From Candidatus Tepidiaquacella proteinivora (GTDB taxonomy: Bacteria > Bacteroidota > Ignavibacteria > Tepidaquicellales > Tepidaquicellaceae), in the NCBI GenBank assembly GCA_013348845.1, contig CP054675.1, positions 746,419 through 810,418 of the forward strand: a stretch of 64,000 nucleotides of DNA, read 5' to 3'. Below the pieces are notes generated by a model. That model had not been told where the DNA came from. It made no database searches and saw nothing but the letters and a program-made list of their open reading frames with translations. This document shows, in pieces, positions 9,988 through 19,511 of the stretch. The position numbers and the translations under genes are program-made. Every line of letters starts with the position of its first letter. Position 1 is the first letter of the stretch.

Positions 9988-11217
9988 ATGACAAATGTGA
10001 ATGACATTCTGAAAAAAATAAATTCCTTTATAATATTTTTTCTTTTTTTACATTTATTTGCAGTAAATGTTTCTATCGCTTTAGCTTCAATATCATTTGG
10101 AATATGGGGTGGGTTATGGGTTATTGAATTAATAATCAGAAAAAAATTTTTTATTGACAAACAAGTAAGGAAGATTTTATTAATTCCAAATATTTTTTTA
10201 ATAATTTATATTTTCTCAGAGATTATATCGAGAATTTTCGCTGTTATTCCGGAAGGTGCTCTGATAGACCTGAAAAGACTTCTTCTTTTCTCCGTTTTTT
10301 TTGTTTCAATAGAAAAATTTGAAGATTCACTCAGCTTTACTAAATTTTTCTTAATACTACTTGTTTTAAATTCACTATTATCAACTTTCGAAACCATAAG
10401 ATTTTTTTATGAAATCATTATTGGTTTCAAACAATTAGATACCTCGCAAAACAGATTGGGATATTTTACTCACCCTATTACAACAGGTGAATTAAAGATG
10501 CTGATTTTTATAACAGCATTTCCATTAATATTCGCAAAAAATGAATTAGCAAAAAAAATTAGAATATATATCTTACTTCTTTTAGTACCACTTTTTATAT
10601 CTATGATAATAACATTTTCGAGAAATGTAATCTTAGCAACAGTTATTTGTCTATTATTATTTACATTAATTTATAATAAAAAAGCATTCTTCTTCTCAGT
10701 AATAATACTAATTATAATCTGGGTTGTTTCTCCATATCAGGTTAAAGAAAGATACAAATCAATTTTTGATTTACATCATGAAAGTAATAAAGCAAGAATT
10801 GTAATGTGGGAAACAGGAATAAAAATATTTTTAGATCATCCTATAATTGGAACTGGTGATAACGAATTTACCGAGATTTATAAAAGATATAAAAACATTG
10901 AGTATGTAGGAGAAGGTTCACATCTCCATAATAATTTCCTGATGACTCTTGCAACAACAGGTATAATAGGATTTATCGGACTAACAGGTTTTATGTTAAC
11001 TCTGTTTATTCGCCAAATCCAAATATTAAAGAACACTAAAAAAGATATACATAAAAAATTCATAATTGGTTCTATATTAGCTTTTATCTCTTTTAATATT
11101 GCCGGCATATTTGAATGCAATTTTACTGACTGGGAAGTAGTCTCACTTTTTTTATTCATTCTTTCATTTCCTTTTATTATTTTCAGAATAGAAAACAAAA
11201 ATATTAAAGATGGATAA
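9988..11217 (+). CDS. O-antigen ligase (Wzy_C) family membrane protein
   Basis: Polytopic membrane protein with the periplasmic loop GTGDNEF...GSHLHNNFL typical of the O-antigen ligase/WaaL family. Confidence 0.7.
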   Translation: MTNVNDILKKINSFIIFFLFLHLFAVNVSIALASISFGIWGGLWVIELIIRKKFFIDKQVRKILLIPNIFLIIYIFSEIISRIFAVIPEGALIDLKRLLLFSVFFVSIEKFEDSLSFTKFFLILLVLNSLLSTFETIRFFYEIIIGFKQLDTSQNRLGYFTHPITTGELKMLIFITAFPLIFAKNELAKKIRIYILLLLVPLFISMIITFSRNVILATVICLLLFTLIYNKKAFFFSVIILIIIWVVSPYQVKERYKSIFDLHHESNKARIVMWETGIKIFLDHPIIGTGDNEFTEIYKRYKNIEYVGEGSHLHNNFLMTLATTGIIGFIGLTGFMLTLFIRQIQILKNTKKDIHKKFIIGSILAFISFNIAGIFECNFTDWEVVSLFLFILSFPFIIFRIENKNIKDG

Positions 11218-11524
11218 AGAAAAATATTCTCAACTTTTTTATACATTAGTTTCTCATTATCAGCTTCAAGCAATGATAATGTTAGGTAAACTGACAAACC
11301 CAGCAACCAACAAAGTTGAAAAAAATCTTGAAATAGCGGAATTCTTCATTGATACATTGGAAATGTTAATGGAAAAAACAAAAGGAAATTTAGATGAAGC
11401 TGAACAAAGATATCTAAATGAAACTCTGACTAATCTCCGTTTAAATTATATCGAAGAAAGAGATAAACCTGTAGACAATAAAAAAACAGAACCTTCAAAT
11501 TCCGAAAACCCAAAACAAGAATAA
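11210..11524 (+). CDS. DUF1844 domain protein
   Basis: LQAMIMLGKLTNPATNKVEKNLEIAEFFIDTLEMLMEKTKGNL matches the DUF1844 pattern as I recall it. Confidence 0.55.
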   Translation: MDKEKYSQLFYTLVSHYQLQAMIMLGKLTNPATNKVEKNLEIAEFFIDTLEMLMEKTKGNLDEAEQRYLNETLTNLRLNYIEERDKPVDNKKTEPSNSENPKQE

Positions 11525-11525
11525 T

Positions 11526-12386
11526 ATGATTTACGGAATAACCGGCAATAAAAATAAGGAGAACATTGCTCCAGTTTTGGATTTAATAATTTCTCACTTA
11601 TTAGAACTCAAGGTGGAATTTTACATTGAAGAACCTTTAAAGGAACATATAAATTTAAATAAATTCAGAAGTAGAATAGCCACATTGAACAAAATAATAG
11701 AAAAATGTAATATACTCTTATCGTTAGGTGGCGACGGGACTTTCTTAAACACTGCCAGATTAATCGGGAATAGCAATATTCCAATTTTAGGTGTAAACCT
11801 CGGCGCACTTGGTTTTATGGCTGAAGTCGGACCTAAAGAAATTAACAATTTTATCTCAAATATCGAAAAAGGGAAATATAAAATAATTGACTTCTGTGTT
11901 ATTTCTGCAGAATTAGAAAATGGACAATTTCTTTACGGAATTAATGAGATTGTTATAGATAAAAGTAATTCAATACGAGTTATAGAAGTTGAAATAAGTT
12001 ATAACAATGAAAATGTAGTAAATTTTTTAGGAGATGGAATAATAATTTCTACGCCTACGGGTTCTACCGGTTATTCTCTATCAGCCGGAGGTCCTATAAT
12101 ATGCCCGTATAGTAATGTATTACTAATAACTCCAATCTGCCCTCACACTTTAAATTTCAGACCAATTGTAGTACCTGATGATGGACATATCTTAATAAAA
12201 GTAATTAGTAAAGACAAAATCAGAATAACTGCTGATGGTCATACAACATACATTTTTGATCAAAAAACAACAGTAAAAATCAATAGAGCAAATTACACTA
12301 TCAAAGTAATAAAAAGAGTAAACAAAACTTACTTTCAAACATTAAACAACAAACTACTCTGGGGAGAAGATATCAGGAAAAAATAA
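11526..12386 (+). CDS. nadK: NAD kinase
   Basis: LSLGGDGTFL, NLGALGF and STPTGSTGYSLSAGGPI motifs. Confidence 0.9.
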   Translation: MIYGITGNKNKENIAPVLDLIISHLLELKVEFYIEEPLKEHINLNKFRSRIATLNKIIEKCNILLSLGGDGTFLNTARLIGNSNIPILGVNLGALGFMAEVGPKEINNFISNIEKGKYKIIDFCVISAELENGQFLYGINEIVIDKSNSIRVIEVEISYNNENVVNFLGDGIIISTPTGSTGYSLSAGGPIICPYSNVLLITPICPHTLNFRPIVVPDDGHILIKVISKDKIRITADGHTTYIFDQKTTVKINRANYTIKVIKRVNKTYFQTLNNKLLWGEDIRKK

Positions 12387-12387
12387 A

Positions 12388-13296
12388 TCAATAAGGGATT
12401 CCGTCTGAAGCGGGAGCTTTAGTCTTACCAATTATACCAAGTAAAACTACAATAGTAATTAAATACGGTAACATTTGAATAATTTGTGAAGGGACAAATG
12501 TTTGTACAATTTGTAATGTAATTTCAATTGCTTCAAAAAAAGAAAACATTATACATACAAAGAAGATATTAACAGGTTTCCATTTTCCAATAATCATAGC
12601 TGCAAGGGCAATAAAACCTCTCCCTGCAATCATCCCCTGACTATAAGTATTTTGGGAAGATGCAATCCAAATACCTGCTAATGAAGTTAAAAATCCACAA
12701 ATTAAAATCCCATATAGTTTATATAATCTAACTTTAACCCCTAAAGATTCACCTGCTTCTGGATTTTCCCCTGCTGACCTTAATCTTAAACCAAATTTAG
12801 TTTTAAATAATAATTCATTTGAAATGAAAACTGACAGAAAAGAAAATAAAATGATTATATCTCCAAAAACATTACCTACATAAGTTAAATCAGATATAAA
12901 TGGAATTCTCGGTAAGCCAACGAAACGAGGAGTATTACTTGAACTATGGAATAAATATACAAGCAAGAAATTTGCTAACCCTGCAAAAAACAGATTAAAC
13001 CCCACTCCTGTCACAATCTGATTTAATTTGAGTTTAACTGTAAATAGTGCAAATAATAAACTAAATATTAAATTCAGAATTATAGTTAATATTGCAGCAA
13101 TAATACTATTATTTATATAAATTGCAAAGACAGCATAGAGAAAAGCTGAAATTAACATAAAACCCTCTATAGCAATATTAATAACACCACCTCTTTCAGA
13201 AAAATTTGCAGCGGAAGCACCGAGGTAATATGGAGTAAAAAGTCTTAATACTTGGGCAGCAAAAGATAAACTCAATATACTTGTAAATATGTCCAT
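12388..13296 (-). CDS. ABC transporter permease (nucleoside/simple-sugar type)
   Basis: Polytopic membrane protein with ERGGVINIAIEG and RSAGENPEA motifs, the last gene of a three-gene ABC operon. Confidence 0.8.
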   Translation of the reverse strand: MDIFTSILSLSFAAQVLRLFTPYYLGASAANFSERGGVINIAIEGFMLISAFLYAVFAIYINNSIIAAILTIILNLIFSLLFALFTVKLKLNQIVTGVGFNLFFAGLANFLLVYLFHSSSNTPRFVGLPRIPFISDLTYVGNVFGDIIILFSFLSVFISNELLFKTKFGLRLRSAGENPEAGESLGVKVRLYKLYGILICGFLTSLAGIWIASSQNTYSQGMIAGRGFIALAAMIIGKWKPVNIFFVCIMFSFFEAIEITLQIVQTFVPSQIIQMLPYLITIVVLLGIIGKTKAPASDGIPY

Positions 13297-13299
13297 AGA

Positions 13300-14334
13300 T
13301 TATTTTTTTTCAAAATATATATTTACTAACTTATCAATTGAAATTATTGATAAAATTACAATTCCCTGAATTACCAACATTATCTCTTTAGGCACTATCG
13401 TATTTATAGCTAAGCCTCCAAAATCGAGGATCCCAAACATTATAGAAGAAAAAATAATACCAATAGGATTATTCTTTGCTAATAAAGTTACAGCAATTGC
13501 AGTAAAACCAAGATTATTTGAAAAACCAAATTCGAAATATCCTTTATACCCTACGACATAATTTAAACCGACAAGAGAAGTGATCCCGGCACCTATCAGA
13601 AATGTAATTAAAGTAACAATATTAACTTTAATACCCATATATTTAGATGCAGTTTCATTTAAACCTATTGCACGAATTTTATATCCGAATTTTGTTTTGT
13701 ATATAATAAAATAAGAAACTACTGATAATATTATTGCAAGAATAAAACTAAAATTTAAAGCAGACCCTTCGAAGAAACTGAAATAGTCAGAAAATTTTGG
13801 GAGCATCAAAAACTCAGGGATCTTTTCTGTTCTAACGGTCTCCCTTACAGCGAAATAGTTTATCAAAAAATAATTTATCAATGCAAGAATAATAAAATTC
13901 AGCATAATTGTTGTAATAACCTCACTAACGCCTTTTTTTATTTTGATTATAGCAGGTATAAATCCAAAAAATGCACTTACAATAAAACCGACAGAAATCG
14001 AAATTATTATATTAATAATAGTTGGTAATGGCGACAAATAATAAAGAAGCAGTGCAATGATGAAAGTCCCTGCATTAAGTTGACCTTCTGCTCCGATATT
14101 AAATATTGATGCATTGAAACAAAAAGAAAGACCAATACCACAAAAAATTAAAGGGGTAGCTTTAAAAAGTGCCTGACCAAAGCCATAGCCACTCATTAAT
14201 ACTTCTTCATATATGATATAAAAAATTTCAAAGGGATTTTTACCAATAATTAATAATATGATAAATGTCAGAAAAAGAGTGAGAATAAGTGATAAAGAAA
14301 TAGAAATAGTATTTTGTAAAAATTTAGATTTCAT
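13300..14334 (-). CDS. ABC transporter permease (nucleoside/simple-sugar type)
   Basis: Polytopic membrane protein with FNIGAEGQ and IRAIGLNE motifs. It overlaps the upstream ATPase gene by 4 nt. Confidence 0.8.
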   Translation of the reverse strand: MKSKFLQNTISISLSLILTLFLTFIILLIIGKNPFEIFYIIYEEVLMSGYGFGQALFKATPLIFCGIGLSFCFNASIFNIGAEGQLNAGTFIIALLLYYLSPLPTIINIIISISVGFIVSAFFGFIPAIIKIKKGVSEVITTIMLNFIILALINYFLINYFAVRETVRTEKIPEFLMLPKFSDYFSFFEGSALNFSFILAIILSVVSYFIIYKTKFGYKIRAIGLNETASKYMGIKVNIVTLITFLIGAGITSLVGLNYVVGYKGYFEFGFSNNLGFTAIAVTLLAKNNPIGIIFSSIMFGILDFGGLAINTIVPKEIMLVIQGIVILSIISIDKLVNIYFEKK

Positions 14335-15815
14335 TTTAAAATGCCCATCATTAGTTCTCCAATTTTTTCGATAAAAAGAGCTTTATCAGATTTAATCTGT
14401 CTATTTAATTCTTCTTTTGAAAATGATTTCAAAAAGGAGCCTTTGAAAATTATAAACAGTTCATCGGATAGACTCAATAATTCATCTAAATCTGAAGAGA
14501 TAAGTAATATTGCCTTTCCTTTGTTAGCTTCATCTAAAATTTCTTTATGAATATTATCCATTGCTTTAATATCTACTCCTCTTGTTGGATGAGAAAAGAT
14601 TAGTATATCATTATTTAATATAATTTCTCTTGCAACGATTGCTTTTTGCTGATTTCCCCCCGACAAATATTTCATTCTACAACCTATATAAGGAACTCTT
14701 ATATCAAACCTTTTGATCATCATTCTTTCAATATTCATAAACAATTTTTTAGAGGAGTAATTATTTATATTCTGCCTTATAAAATAATTTTCTGAAATTG
14801 ACATTTCTTCAATCATACCCTTTTTTATTCTGTCATCAGGAACCAATGATACCCTTCTGTCCTCTGGCAAAATTTTTCCTGTGTACTTTTTATTTATTCC
14901 GGTTAACACTTCAACAATTTCATTTTGCCCATTCCCTTCAACCCCACAAATTCCCATAATATTATATTTTCTCAATCTGAAATTTAAATTCTTAAGTTTA
15001 TGTATTCCATTCTCTATCAAATTAACATTTTCAACAATCAATAGTTCTTCTTCCGAATCTTTTGAATCATTGACCTTAGAAGTATATAAAATTTCATCAA
15101 TATCACCTATTATTTTTCTACTTAATATTGAAATATCAAGATTATCTTTATCTACTTCATAAACAAGTTTACCTTTTCGAAGTACTGATACTTTATCTGA
15201 CACTTCTTTCACTTCACTTAATTTATGAGTTATCAGAATTACAGTTTTCCCTTCCTGCTTGAAATTATTAATAATATTAAAAAATTCTTTTAATTCTATT
15301 GGAGTTAAAACCGCTGTAGGCTCATCAAGTATTATTATCTCAGAATCTCTGTATAATAGTTTTAGCAACTCAACTTTTTGTTTTTCACTAATATTCAGAT
15401 TACAAATATATTCATCAATATTCAGATTTAAATTATATTTTTTGATAATTGAATTTAATTTTTTCTTTTCGCTTAAAAAATCAATCCTGTAGTTTTTACA
15501 TCTTTCAGCCCCCAATATCACATTTTCAAGGACAGTAAAATTATCTATCAACATAAAATGCTGATAGAGCATACCAATCTTTAACTTTATAGCGTCAAGA
15601 GAAGATTTGAAATTTACTTTTTCCCCTCTGATAAAAATATCACCATCATCAGGTTTGAAAACACCAAAAAGAATTTTCATTAATGTGCTTTTACCTGCTC
15701 CATTTTCTCCGATAATACAATGTACGGAGTTTTCTTTTATTGCTAATTTAATATTGTCATTCGCATTAATATTACCAAACTTTTTAGTAATATTTTTGAA
15801 TTCAACTATTTCCAA
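14331..15815 (-). CDS. ABC transporter ATP-binding protein with duplicated ATPase domains
   Basis: Walker A GENGAGKST, Walker B IIILDEPT and a second signature LSGGNQQK. This is the two-NBD architecture of sugar/nucleoside importers. Confidence 0.88.
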   Translation of the reverse strand: MEIVEFKNITKKFGNINANDNIKLAIKENSVHCIIGENGAGKSTLMKILFGVFKPDDGDIFIRGEKVNFKSSLDAIKLKIGMLYQHFMLIDNFTVLENVILGAERCKNYRIDFLSEKKKLNSIIKKYNLNLNIDEYICNLNISEKQKVELLKLLYRDSEIIILDEPTAVLTPIELKEFFNIINNFKQEGKTVILITHKLSEVKEVSDKVSVLRKGKLVYEVDKDNLDISILSRKIIGDIDEILYTSKVNDSKDSEEELLIVENVNLIENGIHKLKNLNFRLRKYNIMGICGVEGNGQNEIVEVLTGINKKYTGKILPEDRRVSLVPDDRIKKGMIEEMSISENYFIRQNINNYSSKKLFMNIERMMIKRFDIRVPYIGCRMKYLSGGNQQKAIVAREIILNNDILIFSHPTRGVDIKAMDNIHKEILDEANKGKAILLISSDLDELLSLSDELFIIFKGSFLKSFSKEELNRQIKSDKALFIEKIGELMMGILK

Positions 15816-15833
15816 AATGAAAGAAAAATAATA

Positions 15834-16751
15834 TTAATATCTTGGATGAAATGTTTTATGTACTTCTATTAAATAATCTTTTGTAATATGTGTATAAATT
15901 TGGGTCGTTGATATATCAGAGTGTCCTAATAGTTCCTGAATAACTCTTATATCAGCTCCACCTTCAAGTAAATGCGTAGCAAATGTATGACGTAAAGTAT
16001 GTGGATGAATTTTCTTTTTTATATTAGCAAGTTTTGCATATTTATCCACTATTAACCAAATTGCCATTCGGGACATTTGATATCCCCTTGCATTTAAAAA
16101 TACAAAATTTTTTGATTTACTACTTGCTAAATAAGGCCTACTATCTAAAATGTATTTTCCTAACCATTTTAGTGCAATTTTACCAATAGGGATAATCCTT
16201 TCCTTTGCACCCTTTCCAAAAACATTTAAGAGCGATTCTTCAAAATTTATATTATTTAGTTCAAGGTTAATTAATTCACTAACCCTCAATCCGGAAGAAT
16301 ACATAATTTCTAATATTGCTTTATCTCTAAGCCCTATTTTGCTTGATGTATCTGGTTTAAGTAGCAGAAGTTCAATTTCAACATAAGAAAGAACATCGGG
16401 TAATTTTCTAGAGATTTTGGGCGAATCTATATTTTCAGTAGGGTTTCCTTTAATATAACCTTCATTTTCAAGAAATTTAAAAAAATTTCTAAAAGAAGAA
16501 ATATATCTGCTAATTGACTTTTCAGATAAAATATTTTCTTCCTGATTCTCTTTACTTTGAACATAATTAAGGAATGAAAGAATAATATCTTCATTTATTT
16601 CGGATATTAGTGAAATTTTTTTTACTTCTCTTGCAAAATTAAACAATTTATTAATGTCAAAATTATAAGAACTAATTGAATTATCTGATAAATTTTTTTC
16701 AGTTCGGAGATATATATTATATAATTCTAATTTTGAACTCAGGTCATCCAT
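15834..16751 (-). CDS. xerD: site-specific tyrosine recombinase XerD/XerC
   Basis: GLRVSEL, HTLRHTFATHLL and LGHSDISTTQIYTH catalytic motifs. Confidence 0.85.
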   Translation of the reverse strand: MDDLSSKLELYNIYLRTEKNLSDNSISSYNFDINKLFNFAREVKKISLISEINEDIILSFLNYVQSKENQEENILSEKSISRYISSFRNFFKFLENEGYIKGNPTENIDSPKISRKLPDVLSYVEIELLLLKPDTSSKIGLRDKAILEIMYSSGLRVSELINLELNNINFEESLLNVFGKGAKERIIPIGKIALKWLGKYILDSRPYLASSKSKNFVFLNARGYQMSRMAIWLIVDKYAKLANIKKKIHPHTLRHTFATHLLEGGADIRVIQELLGHSDISTTQIYTHITKDYLIEVHKTFHPRY

Positions 16752-16755
16752 TTTA

Positions 16756-19038
16756 TTAACGGTGATTCTCTGATGAATTTTTATTATTATTTTTTTCTTC
16801 CGGATATTTTATTCTCTGGTGGTGAATGCCAACAAGTATTTTAAGGAAAGCCAGCTTAATTTTTGAAAGGTCTTTCAGTGTTAATTCACACTCATCAAGT
16901 TCACCTTCTATAAATCTCTTCTTGATAATCTCATCTATCTTATCTTCAAGTTTTCCCGGGGTAGGTTCTTCTATTGTTCTTGTTGCCGCTTCAATTGTAT
17001 CAGCAAGCATTACAATGCCTGTTTCTTTGGTTTGAGGTTTTGGTCCCGGATACCTATAAATGTAATCTGAAATATCTTCTTTATCTTCGTCAACCACATT
17101 TTTTGCTTTTTGATAAAAGTAAGAAACTAATGTAGTTCCGTGATGCATAGGAATAAAATCTATTACTTCCTCAGGTAACTTATACTGTCTTGCAAGCTCA
17201 ATTCCTTCTTTAACATGTGCTATAATGACTTTTGCACTTATAGTAGGATTTAATTTCTCATGCTTGCTTTTTTTATCTATTTGATTTTCAACATAATATT
17301 CAGGTTTAAGAATCTTACCAACATCATGGTAATAACATCCAACGCGGGTTAATATTCTGTTTGCACCGATTGCTTCAGCAGCACTTTCAGCAAGGTTTGC
17401 CATAATAACACTATGATGAAAAGTACCAGGAGCAACAGTAGATAATTTTTTAAGTAATGGATGATTAAAATCAGCCAGCTCAATTAATGTTAAATCAGTA
17501 GTAATCTTGAATGTTTTTTCATAAAAAATTAACAAACCATAAGCAATAATCGGGGACATAACAGAATTAATCCCACCGAAAATTATACCAGTAAAAATAT
17601 TATATTCACTTTCAATTTTATCTAAGCCCAATGCAATAATAGATAGAGAATATCCGGCAAAAATAAATATTGCGGAACGGAAAATCTGTGACCGATTTTT
17701 AATATCCCTAACACTAAAAATTGCTAAAACGGAACCGCAAAAATATATAAAAGAACTTGTAAAATCCCCTCCCCTTATTGATGCTGTTATCATAATAATA
17801 CTCATCTGAACAAAAAATGCAAGCCTTGAGTCAAACAGAATGGTTAATAAAATTGCAGATACAGGTATAAAAACTAATAGTTCGATAGGATAATCAATCT
17901 TAAGTTGAACACTAAAATATGCAAATACAGATTCTAAAAATATTAATGAAATTATTAATAATATTTTTGAATTATCTGAAAATACTCTTTTACGAATTAT
18001 ACTCAAAAATACAGTGAGTAATGAAAGGAATAATATGCTGATAATTACCTTACCAATGTATTGTTTTAGTATATCGCTAACGCCAAAACTTTCCAACCTG
18101 ATTTTTCTATAAGAATCAAGTTTTAATTTAGTCATTTTACTAATCGGGTCGTGTTTACTGATTATTCTTTCGTTTTCGAGTACAATTCCAATAGTTTTGG
18201 GTATTTGAGCAATTCTACTTTGAACTTCAAGTTCAGTCAGATTATTATCAAAGAAAAGATTTTCCTTAACGAAGGTATTTTTTATTCTTAGAGCAAAATT
18301 CTTTAAATTCTCATCTTTTATGTATGATAAAACATTATTTGAAAAGATATTATCAATACTATCTATATCGACAACTTTATCTATACTCTCTATGCTATAG
18401 AATTTTTGATTTACTTTTTTTATTGATATTTCACGAACTCGAATAGTATCTTTTTTAACATTAATAATTTTCTTTGAAGAAAGTTCTATCAGGTTTTGCC
18501 TTAAATTAGATATGAATTCATCAAAATCACCTATAAGTAAATCAGATGTGTTTTGTGTATAGCATAATAAAAGTTTCTCTAATTCAATTCCAGATATAAA
18601 AATGCCGTTAACGAAAATGCCTTTTTGAAAAATAGTATCCTCCTGGTTTGATAATATTCTCTTTCCTCTTTTAGATAAATCTAATAATGTTTTTTGAAAT
18701 TCCTGAAAAAAATTGTTGATTTTCTCTTTTTGATTTATTTCTGTGGAAGAATCAATAAAAATCGGTTTTGTGTTTTTTATTACTTCTATCTTTTCGTTTT
18801 CATAATCTTCATTATCTTTATATATTGGAAAAGTAAAAGGAGCTATTAAATCCTGTTTAGTCCATATACTCCCAATTTCATACTCAAATTCAACATCAGA
18901 ATATTTAGGTAAAAGGAATGAAATAAAAACGACAAAAATAACACCTAACGTTATTTTAATAAAATAACTTTTCTTAAAATTAAACTTTGATGTAGGTGAA
19001 AAAATTTCTGATATTTTTTTATTCTCTGCCGTAATAAT
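16756..19038 (-). CDS. 7TM-receptor HD-domain (HDIG) phosphohydrolase, YqfF-like; start codon unresolved
   Basis: The C-terminal part has a 7-TM block plus HHSVIMANL...CYYHDVGK...MHHGT (HD/HDIG). The same frame stays open for 301 further codons upstream of the track start at 18135. That extension encodes an N-terminal TM helix (YFIKITLGVIFVVFISFLL) and an extracellular domain, matching the family architecture. It contains no ATG/GTG/TTG, and the first sense codons are ATT ATT at 19038-19033. Confidence 0.8.
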   Translation of the reverse strand: MITAENKKISEIFSPTSKFNFKKSYFIKITLGVIFVVFISFLLPKYSDVEFEYEIGSIWTKQDLIAPFTFPIYKDNEDYENEKIEVIKNTKPIFIDSSTEINQKEKINNFFQEFQKTLLDLSKRGKRILSNQEDTIFQKGIFVNGIFISGIELEKLLLCYTQNTSDLLIGDFDEFISNLRQNLIELSSKKIINVKKDTIRVREISIKKVNQKFYSIESIDKVVDIDSIDNIFSNNVLSYIKDENLKNFALRIKNTFVKENLFFDNNLTELEVQSRIAQIPKTIGIVLENERIISKHDPISKMTKLKLDSYRKIRLESFGVSDILKQYIGKVIISILFLSLLTVFLSIIRKRVFSDNSKILLIISLIFLESVFAYFSVQLKIDYPIELLVFIPVSAILLTILFDSRLAFFVQMSIIMITASIRGGDFTSSFIYFCGSVLAIFSVRDIKNRSQIFRSAIFIFAGYSLSIIALGLDKIESEYNIFTGIIFGGINSVMSPIIAYGLLIFYEKTFKITTDLTLIELADFNHPLLKKLSTVAPGTFHHSVIMANLAESAAEAIGANRILTRVGCYYHDVGKILKPEYYVENQIDKKSKHEKLNPTISAKVIIAHVKEGIELARQYKLPEEVIDFIPMHHGTTLVSYFYQKAKNVVDEDKEDISDYIYRYPGPKPQTKETGIVMLADTIEAATRTIEEPTPGKLEDKIDEIIKKRFIEGELDECELTLKDLSKIKLAFLKILVGIHHQRIKYPEEKNNNKNSSENHR

Positions 19039-19057
19039 TCATTATTTGAATAGTTTA

Positions 19058-19390
19058 TTATATTTCATACTTTGTAGTATACGTAACCTTCTTCTCTAAG
19101 ATAAATTCATCGTAAATTTTATTTGTTAAGTTAAAAATCTCGTCTGGTTGATTATCTTCCAAAGTATCGAACTGGTCTTGATTTTCACAAATAAAGACCT
19201 CAGAAAATGTATTAGGATATTTTTTCTCTTCAAATATTAAATATTGACATGGATAAACTTTATTAACTATTTCACGCATTTGCTGAATAGTTTTTAAATA
19301 TTCTTCCCGTTTTTCAGGAATTACTTTATATTTTATTTCAAACATAATTTTAGACATATATACAAAATTTATTTTATAATCATTTATCAA
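19058..19390 (-). CDS. hypothetical small protein
   Basis: 110-aa ORF ending 19 nt upstream of the 7TM-HD frame. The true start may be the internal MFEIKYKV at 19345. I recognise no family. Confidence 0.45.
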   Translation of the reverse strand: MINDYKINFVYMSKIMFEIKYKVIPEKREEYLKTIQQMREIVNKVYPCQYLIFEEKKYPNTFSEVFICENQDQFDTLEDNQPDEIFNLTNKIYDEFILEKKVTYTTKYEI

Positions 19391-19511
19391 TATAAAAAAG
19401 GGGAAATATAAAAAAAAGTTAATCTTAAAAACTTAAGTATGAATTTAAAAATACATTTTTTTGTTTTAAATTGAGGAATCAGATATTTTTACAACATTAA
19501 AAATTAGAAAA

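Noticed and set aside
15834-16751. Tyrosine recombinase as a marker of an integrated mobile element
   Set aside because: The motifs and length fit chromosomal XerC/XerD. It is flanked by housekeeping genes with tiny gaps, there is no adjacent tRNA, and I could find no direct repeats or cargo genes.
19019-19042. Mini-ORF MNYYGRE* as a leader peptide
   Set aside because: It has no RBS and no attenuator structure. It is more simply explained as the displaced ATG of the 7TM-HD gene (see the finding).
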